DNA from: Paraspadella gotoi
Lineage: Eukaryota; Animalia; Chaetognatha
Direction of reading: 5' to 3'
Length of the DNA: 64,000 nt
Assembly (NCBI GenBank): GCA_051294375.1
Contig: CM119265.1
Location: 19,209,642-19,273,641, forward strand
Shown: positions 26,853-41,100 of the stretch, one piece after another
Numbering within the stretch: the first letter of the stretch is position 1
How the letters are laid out: every line of letters starts with the position of its first letter
Notes under the pieces: generated by a model
Databases searched by the model: none
The model's input: the letters and a program-made list of their open reading frames with translations, nothing else
What the model was told of the DNA's origin: nothing
Position numbers and translations under genes: made by a program

Positions 26853-29770
26853 GTTTAAGTGATTCACGTAAACTCCAGACCTCGAACGCCAAATCGTGAA
26901 GCTTATTAAATGTCTGAGTCTTACCCTCAAAAAAATAATCCGACGCATTTTTTCGCTTTCATCATAAACGAAGACAAGTGACAACTCGAAAGATCCGAGA
27001 TTCGTCCAATGGATATGAATGTTGATAAAATAAGAAAGGAACTTGGGTGGGGGATGCATAATATATCTACAAATATTCCATGATACAGTGCGAACTACTT
27101 TGAATATGTCTTCGCACCTGTGCATTTTAAAATAACGGGATTCAAACACCAGAAAAAAAATAAAAAGATGAAAGGATAAAAAACAGAATCAATTAGACAG
27201 CATATAAGTAGAAAAATACAAAAGATAATTAAGGTCTCCGATAAAACAGGGAAAACAATGAAGAGAGGCGAAAAGAAGAAGGAAAATGCTATTGCAAGCT
27301 ATAATCAACCTCTTCTCGGTGTAGATAGTTGGTTTATTGTTTCGAAGTTCGCTTTAGTAGAAGAAGGAGTACACGCGAATAAGAAGATCTATAATCCAGA
27401 TAATGTTAAAATTGTGAACAAGAACATATGGTAAATAGATCGAAGCCCCCCGACGTAGATGAGGCCACCGAATAGCAGACCTCGCCCAACTCACTAGAGC
27501 GACATATCCATAGGCGAAAATTTCACATATACAGAGAACAAGAGCAATACAAATCGAGTTTATGGTCCGTGCAAAGGGCTGTCAGAATCTACGGGACGGG
27601 AAGTGGACCGCTGCGGGGCTCGCAACGCGTCGTCAGAAGAGAGAATAGGTGGACATCATGGGTGATGTTTTGGAGGCTCGTCTCTTGCGTCACTCTTCGT
27701 TCATCCTCATACTTACGTTTTCTCTCGTGGGTCAAACGGACAAGAGCTGTCATAGAATTTTAGATTCCAAAATGAGAAATGGAAAGAAGGAATGAGAGGT
27801 TGCCGGAAATTAGTGTCGTTTTTAAATAATCGTCATCGTCATTTGTCGTTACGTGCGTTCTACAGTCGACCGTCAGCTCTGATCTGTCAGCTAGACGGTC
27901 GTGTTCTTGCTCGTCACAACTCGTCGTTTCAGTCGTACTGTACAGTCGCCGCAATGTTAACCGCTTACCCTAATGCGACACGCACTCAGAATCTGACTGT
28001 ACAGGACATACGCAGCTAAAACGAATGAGCGAACTCGGCAATTAAGATATCAGTGCACGTCCTACTAATATTCGACCGATTGACCCCATGTATCATCTCA
28101 ATAAACAGTCAGATGGAAGGTCGCCCATATCTTCATGATAGCCTATCTATAGTAAATTTCTCATATTCGTTTTCACTTAGAGTTTTTTATTCCTTATGCC
28201 TCCGCACCCTAAGCCGACGTGCCCCCTTGACGCTAGCATACGTCCCCTCACCATCCGCACACACGAGGAGAGCGGAATCACACGACGACAACACGACGAT
28301 GACAGTTAGTGACCGAGGACGATCGATTCGTCGCGCCCTGACTCGGCTCGATAGAGTGGCCGGCTCCGATAACAGAATCGATGAGACTCGGATGTCTGAG
28401 AATGAGATGAAAAAGGTCAATATTGAATAATCGAACGATTTGATGATGGAGTTGATGCTGGAGAAGAGAGGAAGAAAGCAAAACAGGAGATGAGCTATCG
28501 CGAGGCGGAGCTGAAAAAATCGCGTGCTACAATGAGGAATTGGGAGAGTATCGCGAGGTCGATGCTGACAAATAGAACCGCGATGTGAGCGATCGAGCAT
28601 CGGCGGCGGCGCGGGACCGAGCGTCATCTCTGGGGAAATGTGAAAGACCCAGTGGACGAGAGAGAAAGGAATCTGAGTGACGTTCCCGTTCAACAAGACA
28701 AAACTTGAAAGAGGAGGATTTTCGCGAAGTTAAAAGGTGAGTCAATGGGTGATTTGGGTAAGGAATGGGAGCTATGGCGGTAGCCAAGAGGAAAAGGAGG
28801 TAAATGGTATTGATAAGTCTATTTAAAAAAGATAGTCATGAACCGGCGCGACAGAGTAAACAGACTTCGCTTCCGTTCCGTTTAGTGTTTACGCAAGATC
28901 ATGTTGAACTTTCGTCTCTCTCTCTCTCTCTCTCCTCTCTCATCTCCTCTCGTCTCTCTTCTCTCGTCTCTCTCATCCTGACTTCCAGCTCTTCTCTATT
29001 CTTCTCACTTCGACTTAGAAATCTCCCTTCTATCTCTCTCGTCCTTTCATCTCTACTGGTCCGAAATCACGATTAACAGAAGAAGGAAAGTCACGGTGAG
29101 CGGGAGATGCGCCCTCGGAATAGCTCAAAATGTATGTATATTTGTGAAGAATCCTTGAAAAAGAAATTTGAAAAAAGGGGTAATAAAGACCGAGTGTTTT
29201 CCACATTTTTTTTATTCTCTTTCCGTAAGATCCTGGGAAAACTGGTTAAGGGGAAACATCTTCTCTGGGGCGAAAAAAATTTGATAAAAGAAATTTATAG
29301 CAAGATCATTGAAAGTGTAGTATCCAGCTATGATATATAAAGAACGAAATAGTTGCTAAAATAAAATCTCGAGAAGTAGATGTTAGCCAAATTCCCCCTT
29401 TCAAGTGTAATATATGCGTCAAAACGGCTTGAAACATTTTTCCAAATTTTTTAGAAAAGAAAGTTCTGGCGTCTTATGATTATAGTGGTTCTGCTTTTAT
29501 GAATCTTGGCTAAAAAAGAAATTTTGCCCTCTTTTCCACAAGATGTCGCGAAACGCGAACTTCAAATGGACTCGACCTTAATGCCGGATTTCAGATATGA
29601 GAATTCGAAAAAATGACGAAGCAAAAAAACGCGATTACCAAAGGTTCTTTTGCCATCGGGGTGAGAAACGAGAGACCTCGTGTTATTATTCCACGGAAGA
29701 TGAGAGAGAGAGAGAGAGAGGAGAGAGAGGAAGAGAGAGAGAGAGAGGACGACGGAGGTAGAAGGAGGGA
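26853..29770. repeat. Noisy copy of 15843-16965 (direct) joined to 17910-16969 (inverted); left arm of a large inverted repeat whose right arm is about 31960-34400
   Basis: gtttaagtgattcacgtaaa...ccagacctcgaacgccaaatcgtga matches from 15843. gacccagtggacgagagagaaag matches about 16943-16963. ccacaagatgtcgcgaaa is the reverse complement of about 17052-17069. Confidence 0.82.
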
Positions 29771-30219
29771 GGAGAGTGGCTATCTGAGAAGGTAGAGGGG
29801 AGCCGAGGAATCCCGGTCGGAGAGAGAGGGGAGGAGGAAGGACGAGAGAGAGCCCACAGGAGAAGAGAGGGACACTCCGACATTGCGATTGATTTCAGGA
29901 CTATTCTAAGCGGCATACGTACTTTTTGGGGCTGGGGCACACAAAGCGGAATAATATTTTCTAAACTCCTATCTAATATTATGTCCTGAGGTGGGTTATG
30001 TTTGAAGCCTTACATAATATAGCATTAAATTATAAATTCGCAGCTTACTACTCCGCTTATTGCTGTCTATCTTTTTTCTTTTCGTTTTATCAGATTTGTC
30101 GAGGAGAGAGGACAGACGTAGTCAGAGCAGCGGGAGAGAGAAGTGAATTGAAGAGTAGGGATGTCTTATATGAGACTGTAATGAGCGATCGCTAGGAAGC
30201 AGTATGATGACGTATTACT

Positions 30220-31020
30220 GTGCATGTGGATTTGTCCGTGACGTCATTTTAGCCCGGAGGGATGACTCGCGAATTGGAAGAATGAGACACACAAATCTTC
30301 AAAAAGATAAGTTCTTCTGAAATTTAAATGGTGAGAGTCGAAATCTATGCATTCTTCAATAGAATAAAGATAATACAAGCGTTTGAAACTTGTTACACAA
30401 AGGAAAGGAATTTGACAAATGAAATCGTTGAGACTCAGCCAAAACGTGACACAACAATCTCTCCTACCTCTATCTCATCTACGTGTCTCAATTCTCTCTG
30501 CTTCTATCAGGTCTCTCTTGCTTCGCGTCTCTCTACTCTAGATTTTTCTTTTTTAAACATCATGACTCTCTCTCTCTTCTCTCATCTGCTGCGTAAAAGG
30601 CGTTGACTAAAAAGTCACTAAAGCAGTCATTCACTTGGTTTTCTGCCTCAGAGAGAGGAGAGCAGCTCAACGACGATTAGCAAAGAGAGAAAGGAGAATG
30701 AGACGAGAGCACGAAGGAGACGGAGACGAGTGTTTGCGGCCTAGCGGAGTAGAGAGAGGAAAGAAATAATGAGTAGAGGGAAGGTGCGTGCAACATGGAT
30801 GCTGGATTGCTTGTTACAATCGGTTTGACCGTCGAGACTCAAACGCCAGTGATCTCTTCGATCTTCTTTAGTTAGGTGGCGAACATACAAGTTGTAGTGC
30901 GATAAAGATCGATCACAGTTTATGAGAGTGACCGTATTCGGTCATTGGCCGCCGCGACCCTTGATTCTCTCGGGGCACACGTCCTCCTTTTTTGATATCG
31001 TGTTGTGTACTGAGATACAT
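30220..31020 (-). repeat. Noisy inverted copy of about 18740-19330
   Basis: tgtccgtgacgtcatttt and aagcgtttgaaacttgttac are reverse complements of sequence in 19130-19320. cggtttgaccgtcgagactcaaa matches 18888-18911. Confidence 0.72.
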
Positions 31021-31959
31021 AGTCACTTGAAGAAGAGAATTAGATTTTTTTCAATTCTAAATACAATATATAGAACCAAGCAACAGTTAGGTATTTACAA
31101 GAAGATGAGATTTTCGGAATTGAATTTTAGAAAAAATCCTCGACGTTTTAGAAAAAAAAAAGACGAATAAAAGGAATCTTGATCAGTCCAGAATGAAATG
31201 GCGAAGGAATTCGCCAGGTTCGAACGCGTAGGTGAAAGCTTTCTTTTAATCAAATAATGCAAAACTGTGGCCCAAGGACGCCGATCGCCTTATACCCATT
31301 AACATGAACCACACACAAAAGATGAACCTTTCAGGAGAAAGTCCTACTTATCGTTCGATCTGCCAATGCATCCTCTTGTATCTCCTCGGTTAAGATAATA
31401 ATAACCGCGAGCCAGAGAATGGGCTCAGGCACGACCAGTACGAAGGCTGTCATCAGGATAACATCGATAGTATGATTTTGCTCTCGACGTGCAAGAGATA
31501 TTACATTTCCTCAAAGTGGGATCTGTGTGTTTCTTGCGAGTCTTCGCTGGGCTCCATTTTGTTTGCTCTTACTTATATTTTTCACTCCTCTCGGTTCTTT
31601 GACCTTGGCCGTAAATCTCGCTCCTCTGCTCTTTCCTTCTTTGCATCTTCTTCTCGTGTGTGTGTGGCCCTCTCATACATACTCCGGCTCTACTGTTTCG
31701 CGTGCCTCTCTCTCTTCTTACAATCTCTCCTCTCATCTCTCGTCCACTGATGAGGCAGAAACCATAATGATAATGACGTCTTTAGTCGACTGCTTTAGCT
31801 ACGCTTTTACGGGAGTATTCTCATGTATCCTTAAACGGAAATGATACTATTGCAAGCCAACGCTCTATCCCCTTTTAGATCTTACTTACGCTATGCTGTT
31901 TCTGTTGCTGTTCTGTTCTGTTCTTGTTCTAGTTCAAATTCAATCAATTCAAAATCTCT

Positions 31960-32009
31960 CTTCTCTCTCCTCACTTCTCTCTCTTACTCTCTCTCGTCTC
32001 TCTCTCTCT

Positions 32010-32040
<31 letters not shown>

Positions 32041-34672
32041 GTTCTCTCTCTGCTCTCCTCTCTCTCTCTCTCTCTCTCCTTTCCGTTGGAACTTAAACCG
32101 ACGGTACACTATCGTTCTACCCCGGATGGAAAAACCTTATGGACTTACGCGTTTTTTGCTTCTTCATATCCTTTTTGGATTCTCTGTGAAATTCCGCATC
32201 TAAGGGTCGAGCATCCTTTGATAGTTCGGTTTCGCGACATCTTTGCTGGAAAGAGGGAAAACTTTTTTTAGAAAGAAGCTATGTATAAAAGCAGAAACAA
32301 ATCATTAAGACGCCAGAAAATTTTTTTGTTGAAAAAAATTGGAAAATTTTAAGAGTTTTGACTATTATTACTCAGGAATTGGGTACATTACTTCTCGAGA
32401 TTTATTTTTACAACTATGTTATTTTCTCTTATACATAGCTGATCCTCTTTCAATGATCTTGTTAAATTTTCTTTTACAATTTTTTTCCCGAGAGAAGATG
32501 TTTTCCCTTAACCCTGACGGTTTTTCCAGGAATCTTACGGAAAGAAAATAACAAAAGTAGGGAAAACACTGGCTTTTACTTCCCCTTTTTACAATTTTTT
32601 CACAAGGAATCTTAAAGAATCAACATTTGAGTAAATTCGAGGCGAGTCTCCGTCACGTGACCTTATCCTTCTAGTTGTTTAATCGTCGATACTTCTGACC
32701 AGATAGATGATGAAAAGCGCAGGAGAGATCACGAGAGGGAAGAATATTTAGTCGAGATAGTGAGGAAGATAGAGAGGAGAGAGAGAGAGAGAGAGAGGGA
32801 GAGAGGAGAGAGAGGAGAGAGATGGAGAGAGAAGAGGAGAAGAGAGAGAGAGAGAGAGACGAAAGTTCACGACAGAATCTTGGCGAAAACTTACACAGGA
32901 GTTGGTAGCGAAGTCCCTGTTAACTATCGCGACCGAGGTTAGTCGTGTCTTTGTTTTTAATTGATTATCCATCCATTTACTCGCTCTTTTCTCTATTCTA
33001 TTCACTCCATAGCTCCATTCCATTTACCCCAGCTCACCCATTGACCGACCTTTTTTAACACTTCGAACGAAGTCCCCCTCTTTCATTTTGTCCTTAGTGA
33101 ACGGGAAAAACGTCCACCAATGATTCTCGTTTCTCCTCTCGTCATGGGCTCTCACAATTTCCAAGACGATGACGCCGCGCACGCCGCCGCCGCCCCGATC
33201 TCGACAGATCCACTTGTGTAGGATTATACTTTCGGTCAGCATCATACGCCGCAACTCTAATCTCCATTATTACAGACTGCGGATTTTTTTCAGTCGCGAA
33301 AAATCGCGATGCTATCTTGTTTTTTTCATCTTCTCTCTCTCTCTGCTCTCGATTCGTTCGGCGGCCCCTTTATCGCGAAGACGGGCGCGCGACGATCCGC
33401 AGTTCTTCGGTTACTGTCATGTCGTTTTGGTTGATACCTGAATCGTGTTATACTCGTATCCGTTTATGTTTGCGCCGATCGCCTCGAGCTCATTCTTCCG
33501 CCTCTGGCGCAGTCGTTATCGGATTATGTAACCCTCGCTTTCTTAAACGTGATAGTACGATTGATAAAGATTTATCCTTATTGCCTTTCTTTCAGATTAG
33601 TGCGACAACCCGCTACTGCTCCTTCTACTATTTGCTGGGTTCTGTTAGGAGGACGGCCTTGAATCTTAACTCTCGATTGCTCATTTGTCATTCCGTCGTC
33701 ACCTTTCATCGCCAATTGTTAACATTCCGCATCTTCATTCTTCCGCCGTCGTCGTCGTCGCCGTCTCGTCGTCATTATCGTAGTCGTCCCAAATTTTTCC
33801 AACCATTCAAAAAACCAAATTAAGTCAATTTTTCTTTTTCTAGACAAGTTCTGGATGCCTTTATTTTTTTGGTTTGGAGGATGATGGTGGATCAGGAGGG
33901 GTTCGTAGCTTTTTTAACATTGTTTTGTATAACAATTTAAGACATTAATTGATCATACTTAGCGACTTTAAAAGCGAAACTAGAAAAAAACGAATTTTAT
34001 CAGAACGTTTTTCTCCCTTCTCTTTTCTCGATCCCTTTTGTCATTAATGATATACATACGTTAATGTTTGTGTTTTTTCCTTTTATTCCCTTTTTTTTTC
34101 TGGTTTTGAACCCGGCATTTAAAATCACAGCGTGCGAAATACATTTCACAAGTAGCGGCATTAGCAGGTATCAGAAATCTCGTCCCCCCCCATCCGCTTT
34201 ATTTTTCCGATTACATTCCTGCCAAAAACAATCTCGGGTTCTTCATGTGTCACATCTGTCTTCGTTACTAGATTGAGAAGCGCGAAAAAAGCGGATCGGA
34301 TTATTTTTCTTGAGAGGAAAGACCTCCGAAAATTAAATACTTCTCACGATTTGCCGCGGTCGAGCGTCTTGGATTTACGTAGACATCAACTTAAACACTC
34401 ACATGTGTAGACTTCACAACGGCTTACTTGGTTGAGATGAATGGTTAATTATAAATGATCGTTAATGGCAACTCAGACGGGGATTGTATAACTTGAGTTT
34501 AGTTACACAATATTATCCTACAATTTATGATCCCAAAGTTAAAAGAATAAGCGTCGTCACGATCACCAAAAATATTGGATTTTTAAATCGTCGCGAGGAA
34601 TCATTCGATTCCCAACAAAAAAAACAACTGATCCTCACAGCGTTTTATTCAGTTTCCTTCTTGCGACTAAGA

Positions 34673-34680
<8 letters not shown>
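31960..34680. repeat. Noisy copy: 16969-17910 (direct, about 32150-33120) then 16965-15586 (inverted, about 33120-34680)
   Basis: aaattccgcatctaagg (32188 versus 17016); ctcacaatttccaagacgatgacgccgcgc (33151 versus the reverse complement of 16914-16943); tttccttcttgcgactaa (34653 versus the reverse complement of about 15593-15610). Confidence 0.85.
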
Positions 34681-34766
<86 letters not shown>

Positions 34767-34781
34767 CTTCTCTCTCGATTT

Positions 34782-34972
34782 ATCCCATTTTTCTTCTCGA
34801 TTCTTGCCGAACTAAAAATACAAAAAAAATACACCCAATCGACATTTCATGGGTCTAAAGTCTTCGAATTCCTAAAATCGAGGGAAAAACTCATCAAAAA
34901 TTCACATTTGGCATATGAAATAAAAATACTGCGTCGCGGCAATCCAAGAATCATAGCCGAGAAATGAAGTCT

Positions 34973-35028
<56 letters not shown>

Positions 35029-38000
35029 TCTTCTCTCTCTCTTCTTCTCTTTTCCACTGAATATCGAATCAATATATAACATTCCTTCCGCTCCAGCTTA
35101 AAATCGGGACCCTTCTTCGCTGACACACTCCGCCTGAAATGAAACTGATATGGTCGATTCTATTGCTCCCGGGACTCTGGAGACGTTCGATGCGGATGGA
35201 CGCTTATAGCACACGGCTTCGCATTAGACGACGACGACGACGACGACGACGACGCACGGACGACCGCGACGAACGACGACGACGACGACGCGGGACGACG
35301 CTTGAACTACTCAGTAAGCTGAGGAACAGTCGTTTTCCTTAAATCGTCCGTCAGTTGTCGTTCGTTCGTCGTCGTCGTCGTTTCTCCCGAGCGGGGTAAA
35401 CGGCGAAATCTTATTCGGGGTATTTATTTTTAGCTTCAAGAGAAATTTCTGACAGGGTTCTTATACATCTAAAGTTATCGCCATAAACGGTAACGAGCGT
35501 ACAGCGATATCATGGAAGGGTCGGAACGTAGACGGTGAAACGCGGAGAGGGGTCGAAATCTATTATTCAACGTGGGAAAACCTTTCGTTCTGTAATTGTA
35601 AGTTTGGATCGGAACGGGTTATTTTAACGGAGCTATTTGTTTACTGTTTTTTCTATCTTTAATTTTTTTCTTTTTTAACACTGAAACTTTAAAATTTTTT
35701 ATCTCTTTTTTTCTTTGTTCGTTTTTATTTTTTTTCTTGGCGCGTCGGAAACGTACGGAAAAAGCGGTGAGAGATTAACCAGGAGAGAAAAGTTTGAAAT
35801 CTGTGGGTTTGGGTTTAAACTTCTTGTGTGTGTTGTGTGTGAAGGAGAGAGAGAGAGACGAGAGAGATGAGAGAGAGGAGGAGAGAATGAGGGAGAGAGA
35901 GAGAGAGGAGAGAGATGGAGAGAGAGGGAGGGGGCTTCTGGTCCTATTGAATGAGAGTAGAGAAAAAGATATTTGATAAGTTTTTCCGTGGGAATTCAAG
36001 AGGATCGCGCATTCATTGAGGATTTGTGATCTGAGAAGAATGAGCGATATCTCCTTCCTTGTTTTCTTTTTATTTTTTATCATGATGAATGATTATGACG
36101 GACGATTGATCGATGAAATGAAGACGGGAATAAGGCTGATGTCACACGAATGTCTGTATTCTACATCTAACTTAAAAAGCCCCACGTTCCGAAACAAAAA
36201 CCTCCAATTGCTAAAACGTTTCTCAAACCGTAGTTTATACGCCTTCTGTTTTCTCAGACAATCTCACTTAAAGATAGATATTATTAATTTAACCACTACT
36301 AATAACCCAAAAATGCTTAACTGAGGGCCAAAAACAGCTACCATCGTACATCATACTCATCTCTTTACGCCTACACAATATACATTTATAGTAAAATCAG
36401 CTATATATAATACGTTGTTAGATTCAGTTTACGGGCGTTCTTCCGTTGCTTTTTCCCTTTAATTTCAGAGTTTGTTTCATTAATAAATCGAATTTAATCT
36501 TCACGAAAACCCAGAACCGACCGAAAAAAGAAGGTGAATCGTTAGAGTTCAGCATCGTGATCGATTCTTTTCTCAAAAATTGCACACTCGAAATAAAGTA
36601 CAAAAAATCAAAACTTAATTTTCCTCTGTCCAGTTCGAATTAAAAATGATGAAAATCCTTCCGAATTGAAAAAAAAAGGTTGATTTAAAAACACAATTGA
36701 CAGAACAAGTTTAGTTTATATCCTTAAAATTGTTCCAAATCTCAGCACGGGGACTTCCGAAAAACAAAGCAAGAAGAGGAAGGGGGCGGCATAGCTTCTG
36801 GAGCCCCATTGGGGGCCGTAACCGATATGGAAGGGGGAAGTGGAGAAAGTGCCTAGGCACTTCCCTAACGATTCATCTCCTGCAAAGGGAGGTCTGGAAT
36901 TTTCAAAAGTGATTTACGAAAGGGAAAATATTTTCCAGAATTAAAAACATCCGGACCGCAATTTTCGGTCCGAAAAACAAGACTTTTTCTTCGCCAAAAG
37001 AACCTTGAGGACTCTTCGAGGTCCTTGGAAATTGTAACTCTATTTCATCGGATCTCTTTTTTTGAAAGTGATAGAGAGAAGAGAGAGACTGAAGATGAAG
37101 AGAGAGATGATGAGGAGAGATGAGAGAGATGAGACAGAGCAGACGATGTGAGATGATGGAGAAGGACGAGAGAGTTGAGTAGAACAACAAAACCGCGATT
37201 TTGCCTCAAGTGACGACATCTTAATTCGTAATAAAAGATATTTTAAAAAATAGTTCGTCGACAGGAGAGGAGCAAACTTGTAAGTCAAGATTAAACCTTG
37301 TTCTTGAACCATGCTTATGGAATTTATATTTCAAGGATATATTAATAAAAGATTTCTAGAAACGCCGAACAAAGACCCTCCCGGGATCTGTTCAATGGAC
37401 AACGACGATTTTACTAAACGATCGAGTCGAACATAAAAAAAATCCCTGCGAACAAAAAGGGAGTGAAGTGGAGAGAAATGGATCTAAACAGGAATGTTTC
37501 TGCGGGGAAATGAGGGGAAGAGGAGAAGAGATCAGGAAAAAGGACTATGAAGATTGAAAAAGTGAAATGACCATGGAAGGACTAAGCAAGGAAGGAAGGC
37601 AAAGGAAAAGCAGAAGAGGAAGGAAAGAAGAAGGGAAGTAAGGAACTGAAGGAAAGAAGCGAAGAAGGAAGACAGGAAGGAAGGAAGGAAGAAGGAAGGA
37701 GAGCGAAGAAGGAAAGAATGCATGTCGTGTGAGGATTATATAAGAAGAATTAAGTGAATGGTTCGTAAAGAGGCCCAGCGGCGCGGCGTCTGAGCAGCGC
37801 CGTTCAGCAGCGCGGTAGCTTTCCAGCGGCAGAGCCGAGCGTTGAGGGCCGCCGCTAAAGAGAGCAGCGTGCGACTGTGGCGTCAAAGCTTGGCGGCAGT
37901 TGAGGACACGCGCGAGCTCTTTGCACAAAGCCGCGAGTTTCACGCAATTTAGTTTAAAACCGAAGAAGAAAGACGGATTTGATGTAGAATTCGATCGGGG

Positions 38001-38162
38001 TAAGATGATGGAGATGCGAGGATTCGAAGTGAACTCACTGACCAATTTGTAAACACTTGTTCATTTTTAAAACCATTGGTTTTACCTCTTTTTTATTTTG
38101 TTCTCCTTATAACTCTCATTTTCACAAATACCTTTAGGTACAATGTAATCTCTTCTCTTGGT
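34782..38162 (+). repeat. Noisy direct copy of about 1-5900 in which the 2.8-kb purine tract is only about 110 bp
   Basis: tcccatttttcttctcgattctt matches position 1 onward. gaaatgaaactgata, ctctatttcatcggatctcttt and ggtacaatgt occur in the same order as in 1-5900. Confidence 0.88.
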
Positions 38163-38188
38163 NNNNNNNNNNNNNNNNNNNNNNNNNA

Positions 38189-41100
38189 TGTCAAAGCAAG
38201 CCATAACCTTTCCTCGGACTTTAAAATCGATAGTCATGATTCTTGTTTTAGAATAATAAAAAAATTCTCGAATCAAGACTTTGTCGGTCAGGAAAAAAAA
38301 GAAAGACAACGAATTGAACAATTCGTTCTGCCGTCGCCAGAATTCATTGATGCCGGCAAACGGATGACGCTGGTTTTTTTTCGCTCCGTCTACTATATTT
38401 AGAGTTCCAGATGTACGTTTATTGTCTTATTCCTTATTTTTCCTATTGAGTTCTTTTGTATTTTCTTGTATTAAATCCTTATACTCTTATCTCTTTTGAT
38501 AGTGTTTAAATTTTTTTATCAATAACGAGATTTTTTTCAAGAACTTGTCTAAATCATTACACTCGCCTCACTTATAACATCTTTGTATGTTAACTGGTAA
38601 GAAATTAACTTTTAATATTCTTTTCCCCAGACTTTCGCCAACGAATTTTCACTCCAAACCGTCTTCCCCATTTCTCCAAGTGACCAACCCAAATCCCCTA
38701 CTCTCCCCTCACCCGCCCCGTTCCCCACTTCCGGAACCGCCTTCCCTCGACCGTCCGCCTCTTTTTTTCCTCTTCCGATTCCGGAAATCGATTTTGTCCC
38801 AATTTGTCTCCGTCTCTGTCGCACAGCGAGAGGAGGAAGAGGAAGAGGNNNNNNNNNNNNNNNNNNNNNNNNNNNNNNNNNNNNNNNNNNNNNNNNNNNN
38901 NNNNNNNNNNNNNNNNNNNNNNNNNNNNNNNNNNNNNNNNNNNNNNNNNNNNNNNNNNNNNNNNNNNNNNNNNNNNNNNNNNNNNNNNNNNNNNNNNNNN
39001 NNNNNNNNNNNNNNNNNNNNNNNNNNNNNNNNNNNNNNNNNNNNNNNNNNNNNNNNGGGGGGGGCTCGAAGCGGTGGAGTGAGGGTCGAGGGGTCGAAAC
39101 AATGGGAAGAAGGGAAAGGGCGATCGTGGATCGTGTGAGAGTTACTCAACAGCTTGAGAGATTTGGATCGACTAGTTATTTACTGCGGGCGAGGAATTTT
39201 CATAAAACGTTTTCTACGTAGAGACTATTTCAAAATATCTTTTTCTCTTACGTAGAGATAAATGAGTAATTTCAGTTTATTAGAGAAAATAATAATAATT
39301 TTTTGACAAAGGTAGGTCCACTTCGAGAAAGCACTGACAGTCCGACACGGATTCCATTTGAAATGTTTTCCTTCTCTGGGTTTAAGGCCAGGGATCACTC
39401 AACCTAAAATTGTAGAAATTATTCGAGAATTAAAAAGAAAAGAGTTTAAGGGTCCGGGATCACATCAATTCAAATTAATAATTAGCTAAAACCAGATCTC
39501 GCGATTTTGAAAGAACGACTCGACTGACATGTCGAAAATTATTCAAGTTACGCTATTTTTTCAAATTGCCGTAGTCGTTTTTTTGATTTGTTTTTGTACT
39601 ATATAAAATAAAAGAAACCTATTGTTGAAAGAGTTGCAACCCAACGGGTAAGGCGGTTTCTAAAATAAATTTGGGATGAATAGCCTTTACGTCACCAACA
39701 TCCAAATTCTATGCAAAGATACTTTCAAATTGTGCCTTCCTTGCAGAGAAAATTGAGTTATTTAGTGCCAATTTTTTGAGAATTAATTCCTTTATATCTT
39801 TGAGAACAAGAGCAACACGGTTTTTCAAAAAAAAAAGCGCTCATAGAAATCTCCCCCACCTCTTTTTCTTGCCCTAGATATTTTTTCTAGAAGAATTAGT
39901 ACACCAACGGTTTTGCAGCCTGCAACTCTTCGTTTTCGAACTTCTTGTTCGTCAAGAAAGTTAAATGTCCTTACTGCCATTATTTTCTTCTTGCAGCAGA
40001 TTCAACACAACATACACAAACACGGGGATGTGATGATGGAGTTTTGTTCAACGCCGCTATGTCTTAAACAAAACGGCTCCTACTGTTTTAATTTTTTTTA
40101 AGCTTCCAGATATTGATATTTTTTTTCAGTGATTCCTTTAGAAAATAGGGCAAACTATCTTTTGATATAAGCATTTACATAAAAGTTAAAAAGACAAATT
40201 TGAAATTAATTGATAAGTTTTTTAATAATAATAAACTCAAAAAACCATACAAAAAAAAACCGTCTGGAAAATGTGTAGAGTAGTTTATTTGTAGACTTAT
40301 AGTGATGAGCAACTTCAACAGTACGCTAACTTGCCATCAAAAAGAAGAAACTAAATATTAAGAGCTAGAACATTGAGCTTACTGTAAAGAATCAGTTTTA
40401 AGTTAACAAAGATTTTTTGTCAATAGAAATTTTAGGCTTACCTTTAAAAAAATATTTTTCTTTTGAAAATCTAGTTTTACCGAGCAAAAAAAAATTTGTC
40501 TTAAATTGTTGTAAATGAACATTTAGCGTAGATTTTTAAAAAGTTTCGATTATTTTGTAATGGAAAATCTCTTACAAGGATGAAAAGAAAATGATTAAAT
40601 ACAGTAGAATTGAGATTTTCTAACCAGATTTTAGGTTGAGTGCATCCCTGGCCTTAAACGCGCAGAGAAGGCAAGATTTCAAATGAATGCCTGCGGACTG
40701 TCAGCATGCTTTTTTTCGAAGTGGACACTACCTTGTCAAAAATTATTATTATTTTGCTCTAATAAACTGAAGATTACTCATTGTATCTCTACCGTAAGAG
40801 AAAAAATATTTGAAATATTCTACTACGTAGAAAACGTTTTATGAAAATTGCCTTCGCCCGCAGTTAAAAAAGCTAGTCGATCCAAATCTCTCGAAGTACT
40901 GTTGAGTAACTCTCTACAGGCGATCGACGTATATCGCCCTTTCCCTTCCTTCCCATTCGTTTCGGTACCCCTCGACCCTCACTCCACACGCTTCGAGCCG
41001 CCCCCCCTCCTCCCCTCACCCCTTTCTTCATGCCCCGTTAACCCCTTCTGTCTCTAACGAATTTAAACCTCGATCCCTGATTAATTGAACAAGTTTTTTT

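Noticed and set aside
29770-31960. SMRTbell adapter at the centre of the large inverted repeat (also sought in the 53623-53732 spacer)
   Set aside because: No recognisable adapter sequence was seen by eye, so a missed-adapter foldback cannot be claimed specifically.
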